Assembly: GCA_017618075.1 (NCBI GenBank) | Contig: JAFZUY010000033.1 | Span: forward strand, 2,822-66,821 | Source: Lachnospiraceae bacterium | Lineage (GTDB): Bacteria > Bacillota > Clostridia > Lachnospirales > Lachnospiraceae | DNA: 64,000 nucleotides | Reading direction: 5' to 3' | Shown: piece after piece, positions 8,696-17,756 of the stretch | How the letters are laid out: each line of letters opens with the position of its first letter | Numbering within the stretch: position 1 is the stretch's first letter | Notes under the pieces: model-generated | What the model was told of the DNA's origin: nothing | Databases searched by the model: none | Seen by the model: only the letters and a program-made list of their open reading frames with translations | Program-made: the position numbers and the translations under genes

Positions 8696-9817
8696 ATGAA
8701 GATTATCCACACGGCGGATTTACATCTTGATTCGTCGATGAAAACACATTTAGAGGGCGAAAAAGCAAACAGGCGTAAAGACGAACTTACGCTTAATTTC
8801 GCGCGCCTTTGCGAGTCTGCCGAAGACCTTGGCGTTAAGGCGATTATTATCGCCGGCGATCTTTTTGACACGAAGAGTGTGGCAAAAAAAGTTGCAAGCA
8901 TCGTTCTTACACAGATAAACAAATACAAAGACATAGATTTTTATTATCTTCGCGGCAATCATGACAGGGAAAGTTTTATCAGCTTCATAAAAGGCAATGG
9001 AGATGTTCCCGCGAACTTCCATATGTTCGAAGATGAGTGGACATCGTATGTTTTAAACCCTGCATCGACGGGAAAAAAGATAAAACTTTACGGTGCGGAA
9101 TTTAACGACAATGTTTCCTCGCTCATGAAACTTTTTACCGCTGATTTTGATGATATAAATATCGTTACGCTTCATGGTCAGGAGAATGAGTATAAAGGGA
9201 AAGACAAGACCGAAACGGTTCCGATATCGGAGCTTCGCGGCAGGGGCATAGATTATCTTGCGCTCGGTCATGTGCATGAGTACAAGCTTAAAACTCTTGA
9301 TTCAAGAGGCATATACTGCTATCCCGGCTGTCTTGAGGGCAGGGGGTTTGATGAGTGCGGAGACCACGGCTTCGTTCTTTTAGACGTGGATGAAGAAAAG
9401 GGCGATATCATTCCTTCGTTCGTTGATTTCGCATTCAGAAAACTTCACACGGTGGATGTTGATATTTCAGGCCTCGACAACTCGGGTGAAATCATAGAAA
9501 AGGTTAAGAGGGATCTTTTGGAAAAAAGATACAGCGAAAGAGACATGATAAAAATCCGCCTAACCGGAAATGTCGATGAGAACGCCGAGGTAAATGAAAA
9601 CTTAATTGCTACGGCGGTAATGGATGATTACTTTTTCGTAAAAGCCAAAAACGAAAGCCGTGTGAGCGTTGATTTCAGAAAGTACGCGCTCGACGAATCT
9701 TTGAAGGGATTCTTTATCCGCCTGGTCGAAGAATCTGATGAAATAGATGAAGAGACCAAGGGACAGATAGTACGCATGGGACTTAGAGCACTTTCCGGAG
9801 AGGAGATTATACAATGA
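8696..9817 (+). CDS. Mre11/SbcD-like metallophosphoesterase (YhaO-like DNA repair exonuclease)
   Basis: HTADLHL, AGDLFD, GNHD, LALGHVH and YPGCLEGRGFDE motifs. Confidence 0.9.
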   Translation: MKIIHTADLHLDSSMKTHLEGEKANRRKDELTLNFARLCESAEDLGVKAIIIAGDLFDTKSVAKKVASIVLTQINKYKDIDFYYLRGNHDRESFISFIKGNGDVPANFHMFEDEWTSYVLNPASTGKKIKLYGAEFNDNVSSLMKLFTADFDDINIVTLHGQENEYKGKDKTETVPISELRGRGIDYLALGHVHEYKLKTLDSRGIYCYPGCLEGRGFDECGDHGFVLLDVDEEKGDIIPSFVDFAFRKLHTVDVDISGLDNSGEIIEKVKRDLLEKRYSERDMIKIRLTGNVDENAEVNENLIATAVMDDYFFVKAKNESRVSVDFRKYALDESLKGFFIRLVEESDEIDEETKGQIVRMGLRALSGEEIIQ

Positions 9818-12264
9818 AACTGATTTCCTGTTATGTTTCCGGATTCGGAAAAATCCATGATGAAAAATTTGATTTTAATGACGGACTCAATGTGTTCTGC
9901 GAAGACAATGGCTTCGGCAAGAGCACGCTGGCTTCGTTTATTAAAGTTATGCTTTACGGCTTTGAAGATGAGAATAAAAAGAGCCTGAAAGACAAAGAAA
10001 GAGAAAAATTCCGTCCCTGGAACAACGGTATTTACGGCGGAAGCATTACTTTCGAATATGAGGGCAAGGAATACGAGGTATCAAGGACGTTCGGAAGGAA
10101 TGACGCAAGTGATTCATTTGAAGTCAGAGAACTTCCGTCCAATGCCGTAAGCAACGCATTTGAAAAGAAGTCCCTGGGCAACAGTATTTTTGGGATTGAT
10201 AAGGATTCTTTTTTCAGGACCGCTTATATCGCATCGCCCGATTTACAGAAAAACGACGGTTCCGTGACCGATTCAATCAGAGCAAAATTAGGCAATCTTA
10301 CCGATGCGACAGACGATATCAACAATTTCGATACCGCGTGTGCAAGATTTGAAAAGAAATTAAACGAGTATTCTCCCGACAGAAAACCCGGGAAAATTAA
10401 ATGCCTTCAGATTGAACTCTCCGAGGAGAACAACCGCTTCAGAAGTCTGGAAGATACCGAAAAAGCCACGGATATTCTTGAAGGCCAGATAATGGCACAG
10501 ACAGAGAGAATCGACAACGACCGCCGCAAGATTAAAGATCTTAAAAGAAAAGAATCCGAGGTAATGAAAGCGGATTCCATAAAAGCGAAGAAAAAAATGT
10601 ATGATTCGCTTAAAAAAGAGTACGAGGAAAGCCGCCAGAAGACAGATGAGATATTTGATTTCTTCGCAGGCCACGTTCCTCCTCTTTCCGATATCAACGC
10701 AGTCAGAGACAAGGGCATTAAGATGAAACATCTCAAAGAAGAGATGGGAGAAAATACTGTTGTCAAAGACGAAAAGTGGAATATGCTTGAAGACAAATTC
10801 AAGAACGGAACCTGCAGCGAAGAAGAGGTTAAAAAATATATATCTCTCTGGAATGAAACCCAGACTAAAAAGCATGATATTTTAGGCAGGGAAAATGCTT
10901 TGAATAACGAAGCAGAAGAATTTATTGAACAACAGAAAGAAGAACAGAAGGAAAAATACGAGAAAGGACTTGAGGCTTTCCGTTTGAGCGAGAAAAAGAG
11001 AAAGACGAAGCTTGTAATCTTTATAATCCTGGCACTTCTTTTCTTTGGCACGGCTATTTTCTTTACGGTACTCGGAATAAGAGGCATGCGTGATTCGTTT
11101 ATTCTTATTCCCGAAGTGGCTGCGTTTCTTTTAGGATTAATATTCGTAATTTTGATTTTGGTCATGAGACTCTTTAAGAAGGGCGAGTTTAACCTAAAGC
11201 GCGATACGGATATTACAAGGGACGAGGCGATTTCGCGCGTTGATTCCTCACATTTTACGAGAAATGTAATAAAGTCCGGAAGGGACGACATTCTCTTCGC
11301 CAACAACCAGGTTAAAAACTTCTTGGACAAATACAAAGTGCCTTTCAACGAAAATACCGTGACCGACGATTTGGTTAACCTGTATGAAGACGTAAAGGTT
11401 TATACAGAGGGCAAAAAGAAAATCGAAACTTTCGAAAAATGCCGGGCAGAATATGAAAAGAACGAGAGCGAAGTAAACGAATTTTATGCCCTGATAGGAA
11501 AGAGCGGAAGCGATGCAAACGACGAGCAGCTCGACGAGTATCAGAAGAAGTCCGTCAGGTTCGTTTCTTCAATGGAAGAAAGCGAAAGAAAAAAGAATAT
11601 TTTAGTGCAATTTGAGTCGGAAAATGATATAACAGAGATATGTAAGGAATTGCCTGAAGATTTGCCCGATATCGGTGACTTAAGAGACGAAGTTTCGGAG
11701 CTTGAAGAAGAGATTGATAAAGAGTCCGATGCTCTCCTTAATTTCAGAAAACGTCTTGAGGAGCGACAGGAAGAACGTGATGCGCTTTTAGTACTCAGCG
11801 TTAAGATCGACGAGGACAAAGAGAGGCTCGAGGAGTACGAAAAAGATTATGCCCTGATGCAAAAGACTTTAGAGTTTCTTACCAAGGCGAAGAACGAGCT
11901 TTCATTAAAATACACGGGGCCGACCATGGAAGGCTTCAAAAAGTATTCGGAGTATTTTGAAGAGGAAGATACAGACAGCTTCAGAATCGACACGGATTTG
12001 AACCTGACCAAGACCGAAGAAGGCATGCAGCGCCGTATAAGCGATTTAAGCCTCGGTCTTCAGGAAGTAACGGATTTCTGTTTAAGACTTGCACTTATTG
12101 ATGCAATGTATCAGAAAGAAAAACCTTTTGTAATTCTGGACGATCCTTTCGTAAACTACGACGAGAGCAATCTCTCGGGAGCTATGAAAGTGCTTGAAAG
12201 GGTTTCCGAGGATTACCAGATAATATATTTCACCTGCCACGAAAGCAGAACAAACGGGGGTTAA
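9814..12264 (+). CDS. Rad50/SbcC-like ATPase (YhaN/AAA_27-like) with two central TM helices
   Basis: Walker A NGFGKST, long coiled coils, LSLG signature, ILDDPF Walker B, FTCH switch, hydrophobic hairpin near aa 400-455. Confidence 0.85.
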   Translation: MKLISCYVSGFGKIHDEKFDFNDGLNVFCEDNGFGKSTLASFIKVMLYGFEDENKKSLKDKEREKFRPWNNGIYGGSITFEYEGKEYEVSRTFGRNDASDSFEVRELPSNAVSNAFEKKSLGNSIFGIDKDSFFRTAYIASPDLQKNDGSVTDSIRAKLGNLTDATDDINNFDTACARFEKKLNEYSPDRKPGKIKCLQIELSEENNRFRSLEDTEKATDILEGQIMAQTERIDNDRRKIKDLKRKESEVMKADSIKAKKKMYDSLKKEYEESRQKTDEIFDFFAGHVPPLSDINAVRDKGIKMKHLKEEMGENTVVKDEKWNMLEDKFKNGTCSEEEVKKYISLWNETQTKKHDILGRENALNNEAEEFIEQQKEEQKEKYEKGLEAFRLSEKKRKTKLVIFIILALLFFGTAIFFTVLGIRGMRDSFILIPEVAAFLLGLIFVILILVMRLFKKGEFNLKRDTDITRDEAISRVDSSHFTRNVIKSGRDDILFANNQVKNFLDKYKVPFNENTVTDDLVNLYEDVKVYTEGKKKIETFEKCRAEYEKNESEVNEFYALIGKSGSDANDEQLDEYQKKSVRFVSSMEESERKKNILVQFESENDITEICKELPEDLPDIGDLRDEVSELEEEIDKESDALLNFRKRLEERQEERDALLVLSVKIDEDKERLEEYEKDYALMQKTLEFLTKAKNELSLKYTGPTMEGFKKYSEYFEEEDTDSFRIDTDLNLTKTEEGMQRRISDLSLGLQEVTDFCLRLALIDAMYQKEKPFVILDDPFVNYDESNLSGAMKVLERVSEDYQIIYFTCHESRTNGG

Positions 12265-12267
12265 GTT

Positions 12268-12699
12268 ATGGATGAAAAAGATTCTAAAAGACTAAAAAGC
12301 ATTTATGTTGGTCAGATAATCGACAGAGTTATTCTGATACTGGTATTTTTCCTGTTAATCGGAAACCTGGTTGGAACGATATATCTCGGAGTTCAGATTA
12401 AGAACTTTGCAAATATGCTTGAGCCGGCCCTCGAGGTTTTAAACGGAATAGATGTCGAGGGATTAAACAAAACCATCTCGACTTTAAACAATGCGGTGGA
12501 CGTATTTAAGATTAACGAAACACTCGATGCAATCGGCAAGCTGGATTTCGACGGATTCAGCAAAGTACTTAACGGAATAGATGTCGACAAGCTAAACTCT
12601 ACGCTTGAGAAAATAGATGATGCTACCCAGTTTATGAAGCGTATAGGCGACGGAATGAATAATTTCCTGAATCAGTTCGGCATAAATATCGGTAAATAA
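12268..12699 (+). CDS. Hypothetical membrane protein with internal repeats
   Basis: One N-terminal TM; repeats VLNGIDVEGLNKTI and VLNGIDVDKLNSTL. Confidence 0.7.
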   Translation: MDEKDSKRLKSIYVGQIIDRVILILVFFLLIGNLVGTIYLGVQIKNFANMLEPALEVLNGIDVEGLNKTISTLNNAVDVFKINETLDAIGKLDFDGFSKVLNGIDVDKLNSTLEKIDDATQFMKRIGDGMNNFLNQFGINIGK

Positions 12700-12729
12700 T
12701 TTTCATCTTAAATACAAGGAGGAAAGATT

Positions 12730-13206
12730 ATGAAACTTTTAAAAGAATTTAAGGAATTTGCACTCAAGGGTAATGTAATGGATATGGCTATCGGTGTTAT
12801 CATCGGCGGCGCATTCTCATCAATCGTTACTGCACTTACAACCTGTTTTATCAATCCTTTGATTAACAGTGTCGGCGGCGCAGAAGTTGCAGGCGCAATC
12901 AAACTTCCCTGGGTAGATTATTCAGAACTTGATTCCGAAGCAGCATTAGCTTTATCGCTTAACTACGGCGGATTCATTACTGCTATAATCAATTTCCTTA
13001 TTTTAGCAGTTATTCTTTTCATCATGCTTAAAGCAATTAACGGCGCTACAAAGGCAGCAGAGGCAGCAGCAGCCAAGCTTAAAAAAGAGAAAGAAGCAGA
13101 AGAGGAAGCAGCTCCTACCACAAAGATTTGTCCTTTCTGTAAGAGCGAAATCGACATTGAAGCTACAAAATGTCCTCACTGTACATCCGATCAGCCTGCT
13201 GAATAA
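12730..13206 (+). CDS. mscL: Large-conductance mechanosensitive channel with C-terminal zinc ribbon
   Basis: EFKEFALKGNVMDMAIGVIIG and YGGFITAIINFLI; tail CPFC..CPHC. Confidence 0.95.
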   Translation: MKLLKEFKEFALKGNVMDMAIGVIIGGAFSSIVTALTTCFINPLINSVGGAEVAGAIKLPWVDYSELDSEAALALSLNYGGFITAIINFLILAVILFIMLKAINGATKAAEAAAAKLKKEKEAEEEAAPTTKICPFCKSEIDIEATKCPHCTSDQPAE

Positions 13207-13232
13207 TAGAAAATACAATTTACGATATTTCA

Positions 13233-13269
13233 AAATCCCCCGGTCAAAAAGATTGGGGGATTTGTTTTG
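13233..13269 (+). terminator. Intrinsic terminator after mscL
   Basis: aaatcccccggtc-aaaaa-gattgggggattt stem followed by a T-rich tail. Confidence 0.8.
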
Positions 13270-13327
13270 TGCGAATACATCATCTTGTATACGTTAAGAA
13301 TATTATATAAATACAGGGAAATTTATG

Positions 13328-13356
13328 TTGACACCAAAGTGCACTTTTTGTATAAT
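13328..13356 (+). promoter_or_regulatory. Sigma-A promoter of rplM-rpsI
   Basis: Consensus TTGACA, 17 nt, TATAAT. Confidence 0.9.
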
Positions 13357-13364
13357 GTTTCGTG

Positions 13365-13500
13365 CGAGTCTTTGACTATTGTTAGCCCGATAGTGCGAAG
13401 AACAAAGTGAAAAGTTGACCGGCGGCCCGGACATCCGACGGTTTGACAATAAATGTAAAAACCCTAAAACGGTGGATGGAGACCGTTTCCGGGTCAGACT
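13365..13500 (+). ncRNA. Structured 5' leader of rplM (L13-leader-like candidate)
   Basis: About 150-nt UTR with stems cccgga/tccggg, aaacggt/accgttt, ggttt/aaacc and actat/atagt. Confidence 0.55.
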
Positions 13501-13516
13501 AATGGAGGATATTAAA

Positions 13517-13945
13517 ATGAAATCTTATATGGCAAGCCCTGCTACCATTGAGAGAAAATGGTATGTAGTAGATGCTGAAGGCCAGACACTCGGCCGTTTA
13601 GCTAGCGAGGTTGCTAAGGTGTTAAGAGGAAAGAACAAACCCACCTTTACTCCTCACATCGATACAGGTGATTATGTAATCATCATCAACGCAGAGAAAA
13701 TTCAGGTTACAGGTAAGAAGATGGATCAGAAGACATACTTCAGCCACTCCGATTACGTAGGCGGTGAGAAGATCGTTTCTCTCAAAGAGAAACTTGCTAA
13801 ACATCCCGAAGAAGTAATCGAGCATGCAGTAATCGGTATGCTTCCCAAAGGACCTTTAGGAAGAGAAATGTACAAGAAGTTATTCGTATATGCCGGACCT
13901 GATCACAAGCATCAGGCTCAGAAGCCCGAAGTATTAACATTTTAA
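13517..13945 (+). CDS. rplM: 50S ribosomal protein L13
   Basis: [18 protein letters not shown] and FTPHIDTGD; ATG 13517 with GGAGG RBS. Confidence 0.98.
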   Translation: MKSYMASPATIERKWYVVDAEGQTLGRLASEVAKVLRGKNKPTFTPHIDTGDYVIIINAEKIQVTGKKMDQKTYFSHSDYVGGEKIVSLKEKLAKHPEEVIEHAVIGMLPKGPLGREMYKKLFVYAGPDHKHQAQKPEVLTF

Positions 13946-13974
13946 ACCTAAAGTAGTATAGGAGGATATTGATA

Positions 13975-14376
13975 ATGGCTAAGAAAGCTGCAGAAAAGTT
14001 CTACGGAACAGGTAGAAGAAAAAAATCAATTGCCAGAGTATACATTATGCCCGGCAAAGGAAATATAACTGTTAATAAAAGAGATATCGATGATTACTTC
14101 GGTATGGAAACATTAAAGGTTGTTGTACGTCAGCCCCTCGTAGCATTAAACGCTACAGATAAGTTCGACGTAATCGTTACCGTAAAGGGTGGCGGAACAA
14201 CAGGCCAGGCAGGCGCCATCAGACATGGTCTTGCACGTGCACTTGTTAAAGCAGATGAAGACAACAGACAGATTCTTAAGAAAGAGGGTTACTTAACAAG
14301 AGATCCTCGTATGAAAGAAAGAAAGAAATACGGTCTCAAAGCTGCTCGTCGTGCACCTCAGTTTAGTAAGAGATAA
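13975..14376 (+). CDS. rpsI: 30S ribosomal protein S9
   Basis: [21 protein letters not shown] and [10 protein letters not shown]. Confidence 0.98.
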   Translation: MAKKAAEKFYGTGRRKKSIARVYIMPGKGNITVNKRDIDDYFGMETLKVVVRQPLVALNATDKFDVIVTVKGGGTTGQAGAIRHGLARALVKADEDNRQILKKEGYLTRDPRMKERKKYGLKAARRAPQFSKR

Positions 14377-14390
14377 TTTGAACATAATAT

Positions 14391-14420
14391 ATCCCTCCGC
14401 AAATGCGGAGGGATTTTTTT
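14391..14420 (+). terminator. Intrinsic terminator after rpsI
   Basis: atccctccgca-aa-tgcggagggat followed by a T-run. Confidence 0.9.
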
Positions 14421-14426
14421 GTTCAA

Positions 14427-14504
14427 AAGACCCCGTTAAACCGGGGTCTTCCTCGAGCGTAGCTCTCGGATCCTTCGCCTAAAAACGGTCCACCGGACCG
14501 TTTT
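14427..14504. repeat. REP-like multi-palindrome element
   Basis: aagaccccg-ttaaac-cggggtctt (14427-14450) and aaaacggtcc-acc-ggaccgtttt (14482-14504). Confidence 0.6.
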
Positions 14505-14621
14505 ATTAACGGCTCAGCAGTTCTCAAAGAGACATAAAGTAGACAATTAAAAAATTTATATGATATTATTAGGGTGTATTCATGGTAACAGCGAACTGGA
14601 GTAACGAGAGGAGAAAAAGCT

Positions 14622-15545
14622 ATGGGATACAAAAAATATTTGAGAACATTAGGAGTGATTTTAACCGCGGTACTTTTTACCGCAACTGTAGCATGTACAA
14701 ATAAGCCGCAGACGGTGGACATTGCGGGTATCGAAGAATTAGTCGAGGATACCACGAATGATACGAATGCGGACGATGAAACTGCTGAAACTACATCTGA
14801 AGTAACGGATGAGAAGCCGGCGGTGGAAGAAGAGGATGAATATCCGGGACTTGTGGTAGTTCATCTTAATATGACATCGTACACTGAAGGAACATCTTAT
14901 ACGCAGGAAATGAGTGATGCTGATGCAGCGGCCAAAAAAGGCGCGGATGTTGCCATTTACGCAGACGGAAGAGAGGAACATTATGAGCACATAAGTATAC
15001 AGTATGCTCCGCTTGATGAGAATTATAAATATGATCCTTATGATGTTTCCTATTTGATTATTGAAATCATGGAAAAGGCCGGATATGAAGAGCCGTATAA
15101 TAATATCCGAGAATATGAACCCGAAGAAGATTATAATACTACGATGAAATCATATACCAGTGTAGGTGGCTATTTGAACCCTGAGGATGCTGACAAGACA
15201 GCCGTTTCTGTTGATATAATGGAGTATAAGACCTTAGAAGCAGCAAATGAGAGGTTTGAGTATTTAACAGACTGGTATAACTGTTACGATAAAATTGATT
15301 TTTCGTATAAACCCGAAGAGAGTGCAAGGGCTTTTTCAAACGTATTTATAAAGCAATCAGGTACGTCTATGCAGTGCTTTACTGTCCAAAAGGGAAATAC
15401 ACTCTATTTCATATCTACAACCTTTTTTGCAGCACCCAGGTTTAGTGCTGATGCGGAAACGCCCAAGCCGGTTTATGATCTTAATACACTTGAAGATATT
15501 ATGACAGCTCTGGAATTACCGTATTCAATCTTTTATGAAGACTAA
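14622..15545 (+). CDS. Hypothetical acidic lipoprotein
   Basis: Signal peptide ending TVAC (lipobox), then an acidic linker. Confidence 0.75.
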   Translation: MGYKKYLRTLGVILTAVLFTATVACTNKPQTVDIAGIEELVEDTTNDTNADDETAETTSEVTDEKPAVEEEDEYPGLVVVHLNMTSYTEGTSYTQEMSDADAAAKKGADVAIYADGREEHYEHISIQYAPLDENYKYDPYDVSYLIIEIMEKAGYEEPYNNIREYEPEEDYNTTMKSYTSVGGYLNPEDADKTAVSVDIMEYKTLEAANERFEYLTDWYNCYDKIDFSYKPEESARAFSNVFIKQSGTSMQCFTVQKGNTLYFISTTFFAAPRFSADAETPKPVYDLNTLEDIMTALELPYSIFYED

Positions 15546-15552
15546 ATAAAAT

Positions 15553-15587
15553 AAAAAATTCCCTCCGGTAAAACGGAGGGATTTTTT
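15553..15587. terminator. Bidirectional terminator
   Basis: A-run, ccctccg-gtaaaa-cggaggg, T-run, between convergent genes. Confidence 0.85.
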
Positions 15588-15613
15588 GACACAGGTTTTG
15601 TTTTCTATAGATA

Positions 15614-15997
15614 CTAAATATCCGTTTTCCAGAGTCCGTGAAGATTGCAGTAAGCGTATGCTGCGATGGCCTTGTCGTCTGCTGCGAGAGCAAATTCTAC
15701 TGCGGGTGCGCCGCCGACAGCGAGATTCTTTCTCTGGCCGCCCTTTTCGGTCTGAAGATATACCCAAAGGATGCTGTGCTCTTCGAGCATGGGATGATCG
15801 ACGCTTCCGATATTTACTTTTACGATGTTGCCTTCAACTGTTACAACAGGAACATGCTTTTCAAGACTTGCATCTACAGTTCCGGGAACAAGGGGCTTCA
15901 TTGCCTCGCCACAGCACATTGTCGGACAGGCGGAAGGATTAATCACGCCGATAATCTTGCCACATTTTTCACAGATGTAAAACTTAATTTCACTCAT
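15614..15997 (-). CDS. dfx: Desulfoferrodoxin (superoxide reductase)
   Basis: CEKCG..MCCG desulforedoxin centre; EKHVP, HPM..EH and YCNLHGLW. Confidence 0.95.
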   Translation of the reverse strand: MSEIKFYICEKCGKIIGVINPSACPTMCCGEAMKPLVPGTVDASLEKHVPVVTVEGNIVKVNIGSVDHPMLEEHSILWVYLQTEKGGQRKNLAVGGAPAVEFALAADDKAIAAYAYCNLHGLWKTDI

Positions 15998-16211
15998 AAT
16001 ATTACCCCCTTAAAATATATTTTTATTCAAATTCCTATAGTAACTATTATAGATTAATAAATCTAAAAATCTATCTGTCAAAATGCCGATTAAAATCGGC
16101 TTTTTTAGGTAAGAATTGCCCTTTTAATAGTACTTGCAAATATTTCACATATTTTGTATTCTAAAAGAGGTTGATTTTATCAAAATAAAGCAGGAAAGCG
16201 GTGAAAAAATT

Positions 16212-17735
16212 ATGGCGAAAAATTATTGGGAAATGGTGGCATTTATAGTTTACCTTATGCTCGTTCTGGGAATCGGTATTTTCTTCTTTATCAGAGGAAG
16301 AAAACAGACCGGTGACAAGGCGTACTTCCTTGGCGGCAGACAGATGAACGGTTTTGTTGCAGCGTTGTCCGCAGGTGCATCGGACATGAGTGCATGGGTA
16401 CTTATGGGTCTTCCCGGATCCATTTACCTTTGGGGCATGGGTCAGGTTTGGATTTCGGTAGGTCTTATGATCGGAACCATTTGTGCTTGGATTTTCATTG
16501 CGCCCAAGTTAAGAAAATATTCCATCAAAGCTGATGACGCTATTACAATTCCTCAGTTTTTAACAAACAGATTCAAAGAAAAGAATCCTGCACTTCAGGC
16601 AGTATGTGCGGTTATTTTCATTGTTGTTTACTGTATCTATTCCGCATCAAGTATTTACGCATGCGGTTCACTTTTTAACAATATTTTCGGATGGGATCCT
16701 CTTTACGCTATGATCGGCGCAACGATTATCATCCTTCTTTACACATTCCTCGGCGGTTTCAATGCGGTTTGCTGGACCGACTTCTTCCAGGGAATGTTAA
16801 TGTTAATGGCACTTATGGCTGCACCCATTGTTGCACTTATAGTTATGAACAGACCCGGATTTGCTCCTGTAGCAGAAGTAGTAACCGACGAGAATTATTA
16901 CAATATTTTATCCAGCGGCAAATTTGATTATGCAAGTCTAAAAGATATTTTAAGCGGTCTCGGATGGGGACTCGGATATATGGGAATGCCTCATATTCTT
17001 GTAAGGTACATGTCGATTAAATCCGAAAAAGAAATGAAGAGATCACAGATTATCGGATGTTTCTGGACAACTCTCATTCTTATTATGGCTTCCGTAGTTG
17101 CACTTGTTGCTCATCAGTATCTCGGCACCAGCCTTGGCGCGGATGACAGAAGTTTTGTATTTATTACAATGGTACGTGCATTATTCCCCGCACTTTTGGC
17201 AGGTGTTCTTTTATCAGCCATTCTTGCGGCTTCCATGTCTACGGCGGATTCACAGCTCCTTGCTTCGTCCTCCGCTTTTGCGACAGACTTCTACAAACCT
17301 GTTTTACGTAAAAAAGCAGGTGATAAGGAAATGATGGTAGTCGGAAGAGGTGTCGTTGCATTTATTTCCGTTGTGGCTCTTTTAATCGCGGTTAACCCTA
17401 ACTGCAAGGGTATTATGGCGCTGGTTGAATGTGCATGGGGTGCATTCGGAGCGGCATTCGGACCTGCAATCATTCTTTCTCTTTACTGGAAGAGATTTAC
17501 TTACAAGGGCGCTATCGCTGGTATCGTTGCGGGATTTGCAATGGATGCTTTCTGGTACTGCTGCCTTTCGGGTAACGTAGAAAAACTTACACTTTTCAAT
17601 ACAGGACTTTACGAAATTATTCCCGGATTTATCTTTAGTTTAATCGTGGCTGTAGTCGTTTCGCTTATCGACAAAAAGCCCGCACGAGAAATCAGCGATT
17701 TGTTTGATGAAGTATCCAGGATGAAAGAGGACTGA
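16212..17735 (+). CDS. putP: Sodium/proline symporter (SSS family)
   Basis: ALSAGASDMSAWVLMGLPG, WGLGYMGMPHIL and AASMSTADSQLL; about 13 TM. Confidence 0.92.
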   Translation: MAKNYWEMVAFIVYLMLVLGIGIFFFIRGRKQTGDKAYFLGGRQMNGFVAALSAGASDMSAWVLMGLPGSIYLWGMGQVWISVGLMIGTICAWIFIAPKLRKYSIKADDAITIPQFLTNRFKEKNPALQAVCAVIFIVVYCIYSASSIYACGSLFNNIFGWDPLYAMIGATIIILLYTFLGGFNAVCWTDFFQGMLMLMALMAAPIVALIVMNRPGFAPVAEVVTDENYYNILSSGKFDYASLKDILSGLGWGLGYMGMPHILVRYMSIKSEKEMKRSQIIGCFWTTLILIMASVVALVAHQYLGTSLGADDRSFVFITMVRALFPALLAGVLLSAILAASMSTADSQLLASSSAFATDFYKPVLRKKAGDKEMMVVGRGVVAFISVVALLIAVNPNCKGIMALVECAWGAFGAAFGPAIILSLYWKRFTYKGAIAGIVAGFAMDAFWYCCLSGNVEKLTLFNTGLYEIIPGFIFSLIVAVVVSLIDKKPAREISDLFDEVSRMKED

Positions 17736-17756
17736 TTCTCTTAACGGGGTGGTTAT

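Noticed and set aside
10360-11819. Long antisense ORFs (171, 313 and 92 aa)
   Set aside because: Shadows of the Glu/Lys-rich coiled-coil gene; Ser/Phe/Leu-rich with no RBS or motifs.
8696-12264. Nuclease/SMC pair as a Wadjet or Lamassu defence system
   Set aside because: No kleisin, KITE or effector partners; the motifs fit the YhaO/YhaN type.
13415-13516. N-terminal extension of RplM in the ORF track
   Set aside because: ATG 13517 has a GGAGG RBS and gives the normal length; the upstream part is structured leader.
16085-16106. Hairpin with T-run upstream of putP as a riboswitch or T-box terminator
   Set aside because: It lies upstream of the likely putP promoter, and no T-box or aptamer consensus is visible.
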